Assembly (NCBI GenBank): GCA_001643675.2
Contig: LSRY02000031.1
Coordinates: forward strand, 62,001 to 126,000
DNA length: 64,000 nucleotides
Source of the DNA: Monocercomonoides exilis PA203
Lineage: Eukaryota > Protista > Preaxostyla
Direction of reading: 5' to 3'
The position numbers were made by a program, and so were the translations under genes. Shown here piece by piece: positions 61,960 to 64,000 of this stretch. Numbering within the stretch: position 1 is the stretch's first letter; every line of letters begins with the position of its first letter. Below the pieces are notes generated by a model. The model made no database searches. It saw only the letters and a program-made list of their open reading frames with translations, and was not told the DNA's origin.

Positions 61960-63396
61960 ATGTGCATATTCGAAGAAATCTGAGAAGGAATTTAGGAATA
62001 TAAGTGCTTCTCAAAAATTAACAAGTTTGCATGAAATTCACATTTTTTAGAAAAATAATAACAGGTGCATTTTGTTTTAATAATAGAAATGCTTTTAAAA
62101 CTGGAAAGTTGTCCTTATGATGAAAGAAAACAGACAATTACCAAAATGTGCAGAATGGTCAGCAACATGGACAAGGAGGAATTGAAATTGGTTATTGAAA
62201 ACAATATTTTCAATACAATTGAAAATATGGTAGAGAACAAAAAAATTGCATTGGAATGCTTATTTCCGTTGTTGAAAGAAATTGAATATTGGAAAGAGAT
62301 GAAAAATATTTGGAGTCTTCATTTTGAAGAATCTTTGTTGTGTCAAAGATTTGAAAAGATGATTGTTGATGAAATTGAGAAGAAAGATGGAAAGAATGAA
62401 AAGTTTCTGATCAATCTTTGTGAACGCTATCTTTTGCTTAATGACGTATTTTCTTCAGACTTGGCATCTATTAGCATACCTTATCTTTTTGCAGTTGCTT
62501 CAAGCAAAGAGGAAAACGAAGAGATTCAAAGGGAAGTCGAGATAGTTTTATTAATAATGTGCAACTTAATAGATGCTGATGTTTGATTTCATTCGATTTA
62601 AAAAGAGTAATAAAGAGTCTTTTTTATTTTGTTCAAATTTGTAATTTTTTTCTCAAAGGGTATTGAAAAAGATCTTTTTTCGAATGGACTTGCTGACTTG
62701 GTCAAGTATCATAAACAGCATCACAACCTAACTCATGTTTCATACGAATCTGCTTGGATGATTTTAATTTGCCTATCTTCTTATAAAAAAGTTCATCTGA
62801 ATGAGATGGATTTTGTTAAAGAAGCAATACGAGAATTGGAAGAACTCTTGAAAAGTGTTGATTGGAAGAAACAGGAAAAGGATATTGAAATGTCCAAAAA
62901 CGTGTGCACAATAACAAGATGGTACTCGTCATTTGGGAGATGTTTCTTTTCCAACGAAACGTGGAAAGAAGAATGCGCAGAATTGGTTGCATTCAACGCA
63001 AAGTTGTGCAAAATAGCTAAAAAGAAGAGTGGATCTATTTCGAATTGCTGCTTTTTGCTTTATGAAACAATGATTCGGTTGAAAAAAGTGAACTTAGAAT
63101 GCTTCGTGAAAGAAGGTGTTGTTGATTCCATTTTAGAAGAAATTGTCCAATCAACACTTGAAAAGGAACTGATTTTTTACTGCTTAAATTTTTTTTCAGC
63201 GCTTTCGAAAATGCAGATATCTGGCTTTGATATTGAAAACTATGAATTGAATATTAAGAAAACGAAAAAAGAATTGTTTGTAAAGTTGGAGGAAGAAGGA
63301 TATGACGATATGATTATCAGCTTCAATGAACCATTTTTAAAGAGCGATTATTCAATCTATTTTAAAAAGATTGAAGATTATAATGTTTCACCCTGA
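61960..63396 (+). CDS. Divergent helical family member (copy E); exon 1 start uncertain
   Basis: Exon 2 (~62087-62580) and exon 3 (62659-63396) join via a 78-nt phase-0 intron at the family position. Motifs ENEEIQREVEI, HHNLTH.SYESAW and KLEEEGYDD. Confidence 0.7.
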
Positions 63397-64000
63397 TTTA
63401 TTTTTTTCTGGCAAGGAATCACATTTGTCTTTGAAACAAATAACTTGAATAACTTTTTCACAAATGTTTTTGAAGATTTTGTTTTTTTATATAAATAAAA
63501 ATTATGAAGATAATTGTATTCAAGTTGATATTTTTTTCTTTACTCTTTTGATCACTTATACCACAAGCGAGACTATTTTTTTATGGCTGTGGCAACACTT
63601 ATTTTTCCAGGTAAAATTTGTTTTTCATAAAATATATACATCATTAAACTTTTTTTATTAATTTTTATTGCAGATGACTCTTTGAAAGAATCATTTGCCC
63701 AAGCACAAGTGCAGAAAAACAAACGTTGGATCAAGTGTGAAATTGAGAATGAGAAAATTGTAGAAAAGGACTCCGCACCTCCTTCAAACTCTGTTATTGA
63801 TGATTTTGAGAGCATTAGAAAATTTTTCGAAGGTTTGCAAGTGCCAATTAAAGTTATCACGAAAATATGTTAATTTTTTGTAATCTTGAATTATTTAAAA
63901 ATTAATTACCAGAATTTGAAGCTTGCTATATTCTATTTCGCTTGGACATGAACGATCCAAATTCCTGGATACTCATCAGATTTATTCATGAAAGATCTCT

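Overview
AT-rich eukaryotic genomic DNA with short GT-AG introns and the standard genetic code. The gene families resemble those of the anaerobic oxymonad Monocercomonoides; this is recognition only, not a search result. The window is rich in transposons and pseudogenes. (1) Two ~99.8% identical, oppositely oriented 2.67-kb non-autonomous elements (1114-3787, 36518-39190) have 357-bp TIRs starting GGCATAGG and 8-bp TSDs. Each carries an open 346-codon module captured from the host's large surface-protein family, and each sits inside a dead transposase gene (Merlin/IS1595-type; Harbinger/ISL2EU-type). (2) An apparently intact intron-containing pogo/Fot1 DD35D transposon. (3) Several foldback or hairpin elements, one of which interrupts a Kelch/Cys-rich membrane protein gene. 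(4) An intact ~1893-aa TmcB/C-like polytopic membrane protein ending in a hemerythrin-like domain that keeps the Fe1 ligands but has lost both histidines of the O2-binding Fe2 site. (5) A decayed ABCC transporter, five copies of a 3-exon ~440-aa helical protein family, several surface-protein pseudogenes, and a ~7.8-kb degenerate palindromic block (53.4-61.3 kb).
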